From the human T2T-CHM13v2.0 reference genome, Homo sapiens, in the NCBI RefSeq assembly GCF_009914755.1, contig NC_060933.1: 64,000 nucleotides of DNA. The stretch is one strand, 5' to 3'. The notes beneath the pieces were generated by a model that ran no database searches, was not told the origin of the DNA, and saw only the letters and a program-made list of their open reading frames with translations. The position numbers and the translations under genes were made by a program. Positions 11,911 through 26,460 of this stretch are shown piece after piece (the first letter of the stretch is position 1; every line of letters begins with the position of its first letter).

Positions 11911-14900
11911 TACATTCAGATTGATTCTATTCAATTCCCTAACACTCCATTATATTCCCATCCATTCTGGTTGTTTCCATTCCATTCCAATGCATTTCAC
12001 TCCATTCCATTGCACTTAGTTTGATTCCATTCCATGCCATTCCATTCCATTCCTTTCCGGATGATTCCATTCCATTGCATTCCATTCCATTCCATTCCCC
12101 TGCACTCAGGTTGATTCCATTCCATTCCATTCCACTCCATTCGGTTCCGTTCCTTTCCATTCTATTGCATTCCATTCTATTCGGGTTAATTCCATTCCAT
12201 TATATTCCATTCCATTCCATTCCATTCCATTGCAATGGAGTTGATTCCATTCCATTCCATTCCATTCCGGATGATTTCATTCCATTGCATTCCATTCCAT
12301 TCCATTCCCCTGCACTCGTGTTGATTCCATTACCTTCTATTCCATTCCATTCCGTTCCATTCCATTGCATTCCATTCTATTCCGGTTAATTCCATTCCAT
12401 TCCATTCCATTCCATTCCATTCCATTCCATTCCATTGCAATCGAGTTGATTCCATTCCATTCCTTTCCATTCCATTCCATTGCCTTGCATTCCAATCGGG
12501 TTGATTCCATTCCCTTCTTTCCACTCCTTTACATTCCCTTCCATTCCACTCGGAATGATTGATTCCATTCCATTCCATTCCATTTCATTCCATTGCAATC
12601 CATTCCAATCCATTCCATTCCATTCCACTCGAGTTGATTTCATTCCATTCCTTTCCATTCCATTCCATTCCTTTCTACTCGAGTTGATACCATTCCATTC
12701 CATTCCATTGCATTCCAATCCATGCCATTCCACTCGGGTTGATTCCATTCCTTTGCATTCCATTCCATTCCATTCCATTCCATTCCATTCCATTCCATTC
12801 CGTTGCATTCCATTCCATTACATTCCGATTGATTCTATTCAACTCCCTTACTCTCCATTATATTCCATTCCATTCGGGTTGTTCCATTCCATTCCATTCC
12901 ATTCCATTCCATTCCATTCCATTCCATTCCGGATGATTCCATTCCATTGCATTCCGTTCCATTACATTCCCCTGCGCTCACGTTGATTCCATTCCATTCC
13001 ATTCCGTTCCATTGAATTCCATTCCATTACAATTCGTTCCATTCCATTCTATTCCGTACAATTCCATTCCATTCCATACCATTCCATTCCGTTCCATTCC
13101 ATTCCATTGCATTCCATTCCATTCCGTTCCATTCCGTTCCATTCCATTCCATTCCATTCTATTCAGGTTAATCCCATTCCATTCCATTCCATTCTATTCG
13201 GATTAGTTCCATTCCATTCCATTCCATTCCGTTCTATTCCATTCCATTGCAATCGAGTTGAATCCATTGCATTTCATTCCATTCCATTCCATTCCATTCC
13301 ATTCCGGAAGTTTCCATTCCATTGCATTCCATTCCATTCCATTCAATTCCATTCCGTTCCATTCCATTCCATTACATTTGGATTGATTCTATTCAACTCC
13401 CTTAGTCTCCATTACATTCCATTCCATTCGGGTTGTTCCATTCCATTCCATTCCATTCCACTCCATTCCATTGCACTCGGGTTTATTCCATACCATTCCA
13501 TTCCATTCCATTCAATTCCATTCCATTCCGGAAGATTCCATTCCATTTCATTCCATTCCATTCCATTCCCCTGCACTCGCGTTGATTCCATTCCATTCCA
13601 TTCCATTCCATTCCATTCCGTTCCGTTCCATTCCATTCCATTCCATTCCATTCCATTCCGTTCCGTTCCATTCCATTCCATTCCATTCTATTCGGGTTAA
13701 TTCCATTCCATTCCATTCGATTGCAATCGAGTTGATTCCATTCCATTCCATTCCATTCCATTCCATTCCTTTCCATTCCATTAAGGATGATTCCATTCCA
13801 TTGCATTCCATTCCATTCCATTCCCCTGTACTCGGGTTGATTCCATTCCATTCCATTCCAATCCATGCCATTCCACTCGTGTTGATTCCATTCTTTCCAT
13901 TCCATTCAAGTTGAATCCATTCCATTGCATTCCATTCCATTCCATTCCCCTGCAGTCGGGTTGATTCCATTCCATTCCATTCCATTCCATTCCATTCCAT
14001 TCCATTCCAATCAAGTTGATTCCATTCCATTCCATTCCATTGCATTCCATTCCATTCCACTCCATTCCAGTCCTTTCCATTCCATTCAACTCGGGTTGAT
14101 TCCAATGTATTCCTTTCCATTCCATTCCATTCCATTGCAATCGAGTTGATTCCATTGCTTTGCATTCCATTCCATTCCATTCCATTCCGGATGATTCCAT
14201 TCCATTGCATTCCATTCCATTCCATTCCCCTGCACTCGGGTTGATTCCATTCCATTCCACTCCATTCCATTCCATTCCATTCCATTGCATTCCATTCCAT
14301 TCCCCTGCACTCGGGTTGATTCCATTCCATTCCATTCCATTCCATTCCATTCCATTCCATTCCATTCCTTTCCATTCCATTACGGATGATTCCATTCCAT
14401 TGCATTCCATTCCATTCCATTCCCCTGTACTCGGGTTGATTCCATTCCATTCCATTCCAATCCATGCCATTCCACTCGTGTTGATTCCATTCTTTCCATT
14501 CCATTCAAGTTGAATCCATTCCATTGCATTCCATTCCATTCGATTCCATTCGATTGCACTCGGGGTGATTCCATTCCATTGCATTCCATTCCATTCCATT
14601 CCATTCCATTCCATTCTGTTCCATTCCATTCCATTACATTCGGATTGATTCTATTCAATTCCCTTACACTCCATTACATTACATTCCATTCGGGTAATTT
14701 CCATTCCATTCCATTCCATTCCTCTCCATTCCATTGAACTCGGGTTGATTCCATTCCATTGCATTCCATTCCATTCCATTCAATTCCATTCCGTTCCATT
14801 CCATTCCATTACATTCGGATTGATTCTATTCAACTCCATTACTCTCCATTACATTCCATTCCATTCGGGTTGTTCCATTCCATTCCATTCCATTCCACTC

Positions 14901-17900
14901 CATTCCATTGCACTCGGGTTGATTCCATTCCATTCCATTCCATTCCATTCCATTCCATTCCATTCCATTCCGGAAGATTCCATTCCATTGCATTCCATTC
15001 CATTCCATTCCCCTGCACTCGCGTTGATTCCATTCCATTCCATTCCATTCCATTCCATTCCATTCCGTTCCGTTCCGTTCCGTTCCATTCCATTCCATTC
15101 CATTCCATTCCATTCCGTTCCGTTCCATTCCATTCCATTCCATTCTATTTGGGTTAATTCCATTCCATTCCATTCGATTGCAATCGAGTTGATTCCATTC
15201 CATTCCATTCCATTCCATTCCATTCCATTCCATTCCTTTCCATTCCCCTGTACTCAGGTTGATTCCATTCCATTGCATTCCAATACATGTCCTTCCACTC
15301 GTGTTGATTCCATTCTTTCCATTCCATTCAAGTTGAATCCATTCCATTGCATTCCATTCCATTCGATTCCATTCGATTGCACTCGGGTTGATTCCATTCC
15401 ATTGCATTCCATTCCATTCCATTCCATTCCATTCCATTCCATTCCGTTCCATTCCATTCCATTACATTCGGATTGATTCTATTCAATTCCCTTACACTCC
15501 ATTACATTCCATTCCATTCGGGTAGTTTCCATTCCATTCCATTCCATTCCTCTCCATTCCATTGCACTCGGGTTGATTCCATTCCATTGCATTCCATTCC
15601 ATTCCATTCAACTCGATTCCTTTCCATTCCATTCCATTACATTCGGATTGATTCTATTCAACTCCCTTACTCTCCATTACATTCCATTCCATTCGGGTTG
15701 TTCCATTCTATTCCATTCCATTCCACTCCATTCCATTGCACTCGGGTTTATTCCATTCCATTCCATTCCATTCCATTACATTCCATTCCATTACATTCAG
15801 ATTGATTCTATTCAATTCCCTAACACTCCATTATATTCCCATCCATTCTGGTTGTTTCCATTCCATTCCAATCCATTTCACTCCATTCCATTGCACTTGG
15901 TTTGATTCCATTCCATTCCATTCCATTCCATTCCTTTCCGGATGATTCCATTCCATTGCATTCCATTCCATTCCATTCCCCTGCACTCAGGTTGATTCCA
16001 TTCCATTCCATTCCACTCCATTCGGTTCCGTTCCATTCCATTCTATTGCATTCCATTCTATTCGGGTTAATTCCATTCCATTATATTCCATTCCATTCCA
16101 TTCCATTCCATTGCAATGGAGTTGATTCCATTCCATTCCATTCCATTCCGGATGATTTCATTCCATTGCATTCCATTCCATTCCATTCCCCTGCACTCGT
16201 GTTGATTCCATTACCTTCTATTCCATTCCATTCCGTTCCATTCCATTGCATTCCATTCTATTCCGGTTAATTCCATTCCATTCCATTCCATTCCATTCCA
16301 TTCCATTGCAATCGAGTTGATTCCATTCCATTCCTTTCCATTCCATTCCATTGCCTTGCATTCCAATCGGGTTGATTCCATTCCCTTCTTTCCACTCTTT
16401 TACATTCCCTTCCATTCCACTCGGAATGATTGATTCCATTCCATTCCATTCCATTTCATTCCATTGCAATCCATTCCAATCCATTCCATTCCATTCCACT
16501 CGAGTTGATTTCATTCCATTCCTTTCCATTCCATTCCATTCCTTTCTACTCGAGTTGATACCATTCCATTCCATTCCATTGCATTCCAATCCATGCCATT
16601 CCACTCGGGTTGATTCCATTCCTTTGCATTCCCTTCCATTCCATTCCATTCCATTCCATTCCGTTCCGTTGCATTCCATTCCATTACATTCCGATTGATT
16701 CTATTCAACTCCCTTACTCTCCATTATATTCCATTCCATTCGGGTTGTTCCATTCCATTCCATTCCATTCCATTCCATTCCATTCCATTCCATTCCATTC
16801 CGGATGATTCCATTCCATTGCATTCCGTTCCATTACATTCCCCTGCGCACACGTTGATTCCATTCCATTCCATTCCGTTCCATTCAATTCCATTCCATTA
16901 CAATTCGTTCCATTCCATTCTATTCCGTACCATTCCATTCCATTCCATACCATTCCATTCCGTTCCATTCCATTCCATTGCATTCCATTCCATTCCGTTC
17001 CATTCCGTTCCATTCCATTCCATTCCATTCTATTCAGGTTAATCCCATTCCATTCCATTCCATTCTATTCGGATTAGTTCCATTCCATTCCATTCCATTC
17101 CGTTCTATTCCATTCCATTGCAATCGAGTTGAATCCATTGCATTTCATTCCATTCCATTCCATTCCATTCCATTCCGGAAGTTTCCATTCCATTGCATTC
17201 CATTCCATTCCATTCAATTCCATTCCGTTCCATTCCATTCCATTACATTTGGATTGATTCTATTCAACTCCCTTAGTCTCCATTACATTCCATTCCATTC
17301 GGGTTGTTCCATTCCATTCCATTCCATTCCACTCCATTCCATTGTACTCGGCTTTATTCCATACCATTCCATTCCATTCCATTCAATTCCATTCCATTCC
17401 GGAAGATTCCATTCCATTTCATTCCATTCCATTCCATTCCCCTGCACTCGCGTTGATTCCATTCCATTCCATTCCATTCCATTCCATTCCATTCCGTTCC
17501 GTTCCATTCCATTCCATTCCATTCCATTCCATTCCGTTCCGTTCCATTCCATTCCATTCCATTCTATTCGGGTTAATTCCATTCCATTCCATTCGATTGC
17601 AATCGAGTTGATTCCATTCCATTCCATTCCATTCCATTCCATTCCTTTCCATTCCATTACGGATGATTCCATTCCATTGCATTCCATTCCATTCCATTCC
17701 CCTGTACTCGGGTTGATTCCATTCCATTCCATTCCAATCCATGCCATTCCACTCGTGTTGATTCCATTCTTTCCATTCCATTCAAGTTGAATCCATTCCA
17801 TTGCATTCCATTCCATTCCATTCCCCTGCAGTCGGGTTGATTCCATTCCATTCCATTCCATTCCATTCCATTCCATTCCATTCCAATCAAGTTGATTCCA

Positions 17901-19690
17901 TTCCATTCCATTCCATTGCATTCCATTCCATTCCACTCCATTCCAGTCCTTTCCATTCCATTCAACTCGGGTTGATTCCAATGTATTCCTTTCCATTCCA
18001 TTCCATTCCATTGCAATCGAGTTGATTCCATTGCTTTGCATTCCATTCCATTCCATTCCATTCCGGATGATTCCATTCCATTGCATTCCATTCCATTCCA
18101 TTCCCCTGCACTCGGGTTGATTCCATTCCATTCCACTCCATTCCATTCCATTCCATTCCATTGCATTCCATTCCATTCCCCTGCACTCGGGTTGATTCCA
18201 TTCCATTCCATTCCATTCCATTCCATTCCATTCCATTCCTTTCCATTGCATTACGGATGATTCCATTCCATTGCATTCCATTCCATTGCATTCCCCTGTA
18301 CTCGGGTTGATTCCATTCCATTCCATTCCAATCCATGCCATTCCACTCGTGTTGATTCCATTCTTTCCATTCCATTCAAGTTGAATCCATTCCATTGCAT
18401 TCCATTCCATTCGATTCCATTCGATTGCACTCGGGGTGATTCCATTCCATTGCATTCCATTCCATTCCATTCCATTCCATTCCATTCCATTCTGTTCCAT
18501 TCCATTCCATTACATTCGGATTGATTCTATTCAATTCCCTTACACTCCATTACATTACATTCCATTCGGGTAATTTCCATTCCATTCCATTCCATTCCTC
18601 TCCATTCCATTGAACTCGGGTTGATTCCATTCCATTGCATTCCATTCCATTCCATTCAATTACATTCCGTTCCATTCCATTCCATTACATTCGGATTGAT
18701 TCTATTCAACTCCATTACTCTCCATTACATTCCATTCCATTCGGGTTGTTCCATTCCATTCCATTCCATTCCACTCCATTCCATTGCACTCGGGTTGATT
18801 CCATTCCATTCCATTCCATTCCATTCCATTCCATTCCATTCCGGAAGATTCCATTCCATTGCATTCCATTCCATTCCATTCCCCTGCACTCGCGTTGATT
18901 CCATTCCATTCCATTCCATTCCATTCCATTCCCCTGCACTCGCGTTGATTCCATTCCATTCCATTCCATTCCATTCCATTCCATTCCGTTCCGTTCCGTT
19001 CCATTCCATTCCATTCCATTCCATTCCATTCCGTTCCGTTCCATTCCATTCCATTCCATTCTATTTGGGTTAATTCCATTCCATTCCATTCGATTGCAAT
19101 CGAGTTGATTCCATTCCATTCCATTCCATTCCATTCCATTCCATTCCATTCCTTTCCATTCCATTACGGATGATTCCATTCCATTGCATTCCATTCCATT
19201 CCATTCCCCTGTACTCAGGTTGATTCCATTCCATTGCATTCCAATCCATGCCCTTCCACTCGTGTTGATTCCATTCTTTCCATTCCATTCAAGTTGAATC
19301 CATTCCATTGCATTCCATTCCATGCGATTCCATTCGATTGCACTCGGGTTGATTCCATTCCATTGCATTCCATTCCATTCCATTCCATTCCATTCCATTC
19401 CATTCCATTCCGTTCCATTCCATTCCATTACATTCGGATTGATTCTATTCAATTCCCTTACACTCCATTACATTCCATTCCATTCGGGTAGTTTCCATTC
19501 CATTCCATTGCATTCCTCTCCATTCCATTGCACTCGGGTTGATTCCATTCCATTGCATTCCATTCCATTCCATTCAACTCGATTCCTTTCCATTCCATTC
19601 CATTACATTCGGATTGATTCTATTCAACTCCCTTACTCTCCATTACATTCCATTCCATTCGGGTTGTTCCATTCCATTCCATTCCATTCC
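11911..19690 (-). repeat. Two tandem copies of a ~3.88-kb higher-order unit
   Basis: TACATTCAGATTG...CCCTAACACTCC at 11911 and 15792; matching ORF pairs 12021/15902, 13107/16978, 13925/17801 and 14745/18621 (offsets 3871-3881). Confidence 0.9.
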
Positions 19691-20660
19691 ACTCCATTCC
19701 ATTGTACTCGGCTTTATTCCATACCATTCCATTCCATTCCATTCAATTCCATTCCATTCCGGAAGATTCCATTCCATTTCATTCCATTCCATTCCATTCC
19801 CCTGCACTCGCGTTGATTCCATTCCATTCCATTCCATTCCATTCCATTCCGTTCCGTTCCATTCCATTCCATTCCATTCCATTCCATTCCGTTCCGTTCC
19901 ATTCCATTCCATTCCATTCTATTCGGGTTAATTCCATTCCATTCCATTCGATTGCAATCGAGTTGATTCCATTCCATTCCATTCCATTCCATTCCATTCC
20001 TTTCCATTCCATTACGGATGATTCCATTCCATTGCATTCCATTCCATTCCATTCCCCTGTACTCGGGTTGATTCCATTCCATTCCATTCCAATCCATGCC
20101 ATTCCACTCGTGTTGATTCCATTCTTTCCATTCCATTCAAGTTGAATCCATTCCATTGCATTCCATTCCATTCCATTCCCCTGCAGTCGGGTTGATTCCA
20201 TTCCATTCCATTCCATTCCATTCCATTCCATTCCATTCCAATCAAGTTGATTCCATTCCATTCCATTCCATTGCATTCCATTCCATTCCACTCCATTCCA
20301 GTCCTTTCCATTCCATTCAACTCGGGTTGATTCCAATGTATTCCTTTCCATTCCATTCCATTCCATTGCAATCGAGTTGATTCCATTGCTTTGCATTCCA
20401 TTCCATTCCATTCCATTCCGGATGATTCCATTCCATTGCATTCCATTCCATTCCATTCCCCTGCACTCGGGTTGATTCCATTCCATTCCACTCCATTCCA
20501 TTCCATTCCATTCCATTGCATTCCATTCCATTCCCCTGCACTCGGGTTGATTCCATTCCATTCCATTCCATTCCATTCCATTCCATTCCATTCCTTTCCA
20601 TTCCATTACGGATGATTCCATTCCATTGCATTCCATTCCATTCCATTCCCCTGTACTCGG
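19650..20660 (-). repeat. Third copy of a ~1-kb block (also at ~13420-14450 and ~17290-18300)
   Basis: GTACTCGGCTTTATTCCATACC at ~17344 and ~19704; identical ORFs 13925/17801/20156 (offset 2355 between the last two). Confidence 0.85.
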
Positions 20661-21199
20661 GTTGATTCCATTCAATTCCATTCCAATCCATGCCACTCCA
20701 GTCGTGTTGATTCCATTCTTTCCATTCCATTCAAGTTGAATCCTTTCCATTGCATTCCATTCCATTCGATTCCATTCGATTGCACTCGGGTTGATTCCAT
20801 TCCATTGCATTCCATTCCATTCCATTCCATTCCATTCCATTCCATTCCGTTCCATTCCATTTCATTACATTCAGATTGATTCTATTCAATTCCCTTACAC
20901 TCCATTATATTCCAATCCATTCTGGTTGTTTCCATTCCATTCCATTCCATTTCACTCCATTCCATTGCACTCGGGTTGATTCCATTCCATTCCATTCCAT
21001 TCCATTCCTTTCCATTCCATTACGGATGATTCCATTCCATTGCATTCCATTCCATTCCATTCCCCTGTACTGGGGTTGATTCCATTCCATTCCATTCCAA
21101 TCCATGCCATTCCACTCGTGTTGATTCCATTCTTTCCATTGCATTGAAGTTGAATCCATTCCATTGCATTCCATTCCATTCGATTCCATTCGATTGCAC

Positions 21200-24100
21200 T
21201 CGGGTTGATTCCATTCCATTGCATTCCATTCCATTCCATTCCATTCCATTCCATTCCATTCCATTCCGTTCCATTCCATTTCATTACATTCAGATTGATT
21301 CTATTCAATTCCCTTACACTCCATTATATTCCAATCCATTCTGGTTGTTTCCATTCCATTCCATTCCTTTTCACTCGTGTTGATTCCATTCCTTTCCATT
21401 CCATTCGGTTTGAAGCCATTCCATTCCATTCAATTCCACTCCATTCCATTCCATTCCATTCCATTCCATTCCATTCCATTCCATTCCATTGTACTCGGGT
21501 TGATTCCATTCCATTGCATTCCATTCCATTCCATTCCATTCCGTTCCATTCCATTCCATTACATTCGGATTGATTCTATTCAACTCCGTTACTCTCCATT
21601 CCATTCCATTCCATTCGGGTTGTTCCATTCCATTCCATTCCATTCCACTCCATTCCATTGCACTCGGGTTGATTCCATTCCATTCCATTCCATTCCATTC
21701 CATTCCATTCCATTCCGGATGATTCCATTCCATTGCATTCCGTTCCATTACATTACCCTGCACTCGCGTTGATTCCATTCCATTGCATTCCACTCCATAC
21801 CATTCCATTGCATTCCATTCCATTCCATTCCATTCCGGATGATTCCATTCCATTGCATTCCATTCCATTCCATTCCCCTGTACTCGGGTTGATTCCATTC
21901 CATTCCATTCCAATCCATGCCATTCCACTCGTGTTGATTCCATTCTTTCCATTCCATTCAAGTTGAATCCATTCCATTACATTCCATTCCATTCGATTCC
22001 ATTCGATTGCACTCGGGTTGATTCCATTCCATTGCATTCCAACCCATTCCATTCCATTCCATTCCATTCCATTCCGTTCCATTCCATTCCATTACATTCG
22101 GATTGATTCTTTTCAACTCCTTTACTCTCCATTACATTACATTCCATTCGGGTTGTTCCATTCTATTCCATTCCATTCCACTCCATTCCAATGCACTCAG
22201 GTTGATTCCATTCCATTCCATTCCATTCCATTCCATTCCGGATGATTCCATTCCATTGCATTCAGTTCCATTACATTCCCCTGCATTTGGGTTGATTCCA
22301 TTCCATTCCATTCCATTCCATTCGATTCCATTCCATTCCCCTGCACTCTCGTTGATTCCATTCCATGCCATTCCATTCCATTCCATTTCATTCCTTTCCA
22401 TTCCATTGCATTCCATTCCATTCCATTCCATTCCGTTCCGTTCCTTTCCATTCCATTCTATTCGGGTTAATTCCATTCCATTCCATTCGATTGCAATCGA
22501 GTTGATTCCATTCCATTCCATTCCATTCCATTCCATTCCATTCCATTCCATTCCATTCCTTTCCATTCCATTACGGATGTTTCCATTCCATTGCATTCCA
22601 TTCCATTCCATTCCATTCCGGATGATTCCATTCCATTGCATTCCGTTCCATTACATTCCCCTGCACTCGGGTTGATTCCATTCCATTCCATTCCATTCCA
22701 TACCATTCCATTCGATTCCATTCCACTCCAATTCTTCCATTCCATTCTATTCCGTACCATTCCATTCCATTCCATACAATTCCATTCCATTCCATTCCAT
22801 TCCGTTCCGTTCCGTTCCGTTCCGTTCCATTCCATTCCATTCCATTCTATTCGGGTTAATTCCATTCCATTCCATTCCATTCCATTCTATTCCACTAAAT
22901 TGCAATCGAGTTGAATCCATTGCATTCCATTCCATTCCATTCCATTCCATTTCGGAAGATTGCATTCCATTGCATTCCATTCCATTCCATTCCCCTGCAC
23001 TCGCGTTGAATCCATTCCATTCCATTCCATTCCATTCCATTCCTTTCCGTTCCATTCCATTCCATTCCATTCCATTCCGTTCCATTCCGTTCCGTTCCAT
23101 TCCATTCCATTCCATTCTATTCGGTTTAATTCCATTCCATTCCATTCGATTACAATTGAGTTGATGCCATTTCATTCCATTCGATTCCATTCCATTCCAT
23201 TCCATTCCTTTCCATTCCATTACGGATGATTCCATTCCATTGCATTCCATTCCATTCCATTCCCCTGTACTCGGGTTGATTCCATTCAATTCCATTCCAA
23301 TCCATGCCTCTCCACTCGTGTTGATTCCATTCTTTCTATTCCATTCAAGTTGAATCCATTCCATTGCATTCCATTCCATTCGATTCCATTCGATTGCAGT
23401 CGGGTTGATTCCATTCCATTGCATTCCATTCCATTCCATTCAATTCCATTCCATTCCATTCCGTTCCATTCCATTTCATTACATTCATATTGATTCTATT
23501 CAAATCCCTTACACTCCATTATATTCCAATCCATTCTGGTTGTTTCCATTCCATTCCATTCCATTTCACCTGTGTTGATTCCATTCCTTTCCATTCCATT
23601 CGGTTTGAAGCCATTCCATTCCATTCAATTCCACTCCATTCCATTCCATTCCATACGATTCCATTCCATTCCATTCCATTGTACTCGGGTTGATGCCATT
23701 CCATTGCATTCCGTTCCGTTCCATTCCATTCCATTCTATTCGGGTTAATTCCATTCCATTCCATTCGATTGCAATCGAGTTAATTCCATTCCATTCCATT
23801 CCATTCCATTCCATTCCATTCCTTTCCATTCCATTACGGATGATTCCATTCCATTGCATTCCATTCCATTCCATTCCCCTGTACTCGGGTTGATTCCATT
23901 CCATTCCATTCCATTCCATTCCATTCCGGAAGATTCCATTCCATTGCATTCCATTCCAATCCATTCCCGTGCACTCACGTTGATTCCATTCCATTCCATT
24001 CCATTCCATTCCATTCCGTTCCGTTCCGTTCCGTTCCATTCCATTCCATTCCATTCCGTTCCGTTCCATTCCATTCCATTCCATTCCATTCTTTCGGGTT

Positions 24101-26460
24101 AATTCCATTCCATTCCATTCGATTGCAATCGAGTTGATTCTATTCCATTCCATTCCATTCCATTCCATTCCATTCCATTCCTTTCCATTACATTACGGAT
24201 GATTCCATTCCATTTCATTCCATTCCATTCCATTCCCCTGTACTCGGGTTGATTCCATTCCATTCCATTCCAATCCATGCCATTCCACTCGTGTTGATTC
24301 CATTCTTTCCATTCCATTCAAGTTGAATCCCTTCCATTGCATTCCATTCCATTCGATTCCATTCGATTGCACTCGGGTTGATTCCATTCAATTGCATTCC
24401 ATTCCATTCCATTCCATTCCATTCCATTCCATTCCGTTCCATTCCATTTCATTACATTCAGATTGATTCTATTCAATTCCCTTACACTCCATTATATTCC
24501 AATCCATTCTGGTTGTTTCCATTCCATTCCATTCCATTTCACTCGTGTTGATTCCATTCCTTTCCATTCCATTAGGTTTGAAGCCATTCCATTCCATTCA
24601 ATTCCACTCCATTCCATTCCATTCCATTCCATTCCATTCCATTCCATTCCATTCCATTGTACTCGGCTTGATTCCATTCCATTGCATTCCATTCCGTTCC
24701 ATTCCATTCCGTTCCATTCCATTCCATTACATTCGGATTGATTCTATTCAACTCCGTTACTCTCCATTACATTCCATTCCATTCGGGTTGTTCCATTCCA
24801 TTCCATTCCATTCCACTCCATTCCATTGCACTCGGGTTGATTCCATTCCATTCCATTCCATTCCATTCCATTCCATTCCATTCCGGATGATTCCATTCCA
24901 TTGCATTCCGTTCCATTACATTACCCTGCACTCGCGTTGATTCCATTCCATTGCATTCCACTCCATACCATTCCATTGCATTCCATTCCATTCCATTCCA
25001 TTCCATTGCATTCCGGAAGATTCCATTCCATTGCATTCAGTTCCATTACATTCCCCTGCATTCGGGTTGATTCCATTCCATTCCATTCCATTCCATTCGA
25101 TTCCATTCCATTCCCCTGCACTCGCGTTGATTCCATTCCATGCCATTCCATTCCATTCCACTTCATTCCTTTCCATTCCATTGCATTCCATTCCATTCCA
25201 TTCCATTCCGTTCCATTCCTTTCCATTCCATTCTATTCGGGTTAATTCCATTCCATTCCATTCGATTGCAATCGGGTTGATTCCATTCCATTCCATTCCA
25301 TTGCATTCCATTCCATTCCATTCCATTCCATTCCATTCCATTCCATTCCATTCCATTCCTTTCCATTCCATTACGGATGTTTACATTCCATTGCATTCCA
25401 TTCCATTCCATTCCATTCCGGATGATTCCATTCCATTGCATTCCGTTCCATTACATTCCCCGGCACTCGGGTTGATTCCATTCCATTCCATTCCATTCCA
25501 TACCATTCCATTCGATTCCATTCCATTCCAATTCTTCCATTCCATTCTATTCCGTACCATTCCATTCCATTCCATACAATTCCATTCCATTCCATTCCAT
25601 TCCATTCCATTCCGTTCCGTTCCGTTCCGTTCCGTTCCATTCCATTCCATTCCATTCTATTCGGGTTAATTCCGTTCCATTCCGTTCCATTCCATTCTAT
25701 TCCACTCCATTGCAATCGAGTTGAATCCATTGCATTCCATTCCATTCCATTTCGGAAGATTGCATTCCATTGCATTCCATTCCATTCCATTCCCCTGCAC
25801 TCGCGTTGAATCCATTCCATTCCATTCCATTCCATTCCATTCCTTTCCGTTCCATTCCATTCCATTCCATTCCATTCCGTTCCATTCCGTTCCGTTCCAT
25901 TCCATTCCATTCCATTCTATTCGGGTTAATTCCATTCCATTCCATTCGATTACAATTGAGTTGATGCCATTTCATTCCATTCGATTCCATTCCATTCCAT
26001 TCCATTCCATTCCATTCCTTTCCATTCCATTACGGATGATTCCATTCCATTGCATTCCATTCCATTCTATTCCCCTGTACTCGGGTTGATTCCATTCAAT
26101 TCCATTCCATTCCATGCCACTCCACTCGTGTTGACTCCATTCTTTCCATTCCATTCAAGTTGAATCCATTCCATTGCATTCCATTCCATTCGATTCCATT
26201 CGATTGCAGTCGGGTTGATTCCATTCCATTGCATTCCATTCCATTCCATTCAATTCCATTCCATTCCATTCCGTTCCATTCCATTTCATTACATTCATAT
26301 TGATTCTATTCAATTCCCTTACACTCCATTATATTCCAATCCATTCTGGTTGTTTCCATTCCATTCCATTCCATTTCACTTGTGTTGATTCCATTCCTTT
26401 CCATTCCATTCGGTTTGAAGCCATTCCATTCCATTCAATTCCACTCCATTCCATTCCATT
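21200..26460 (-). repeat. ~3.17-kb tandem duplication, second copy with internal ~390-bp deletion and truncated
   Basis: ORF pairs 21324/24492, 21377/24545 and 21733/24901 (offset 3168), then 22970/25770 and 23490/26300 (offset 2800-2810); shared private markers CATTACCCTGC, TACAATTGAGTTGATGCC, CATTCATATTG. Confidence 0.85.

Noticed and set aside
1-17000. Fold-back (mirror) read or assembly artefact centred on 8490
   Set aside because: Perfect symmetry ends after 12 bp and the landmark order differs on the two sides. Read-level confirmation is still needed.
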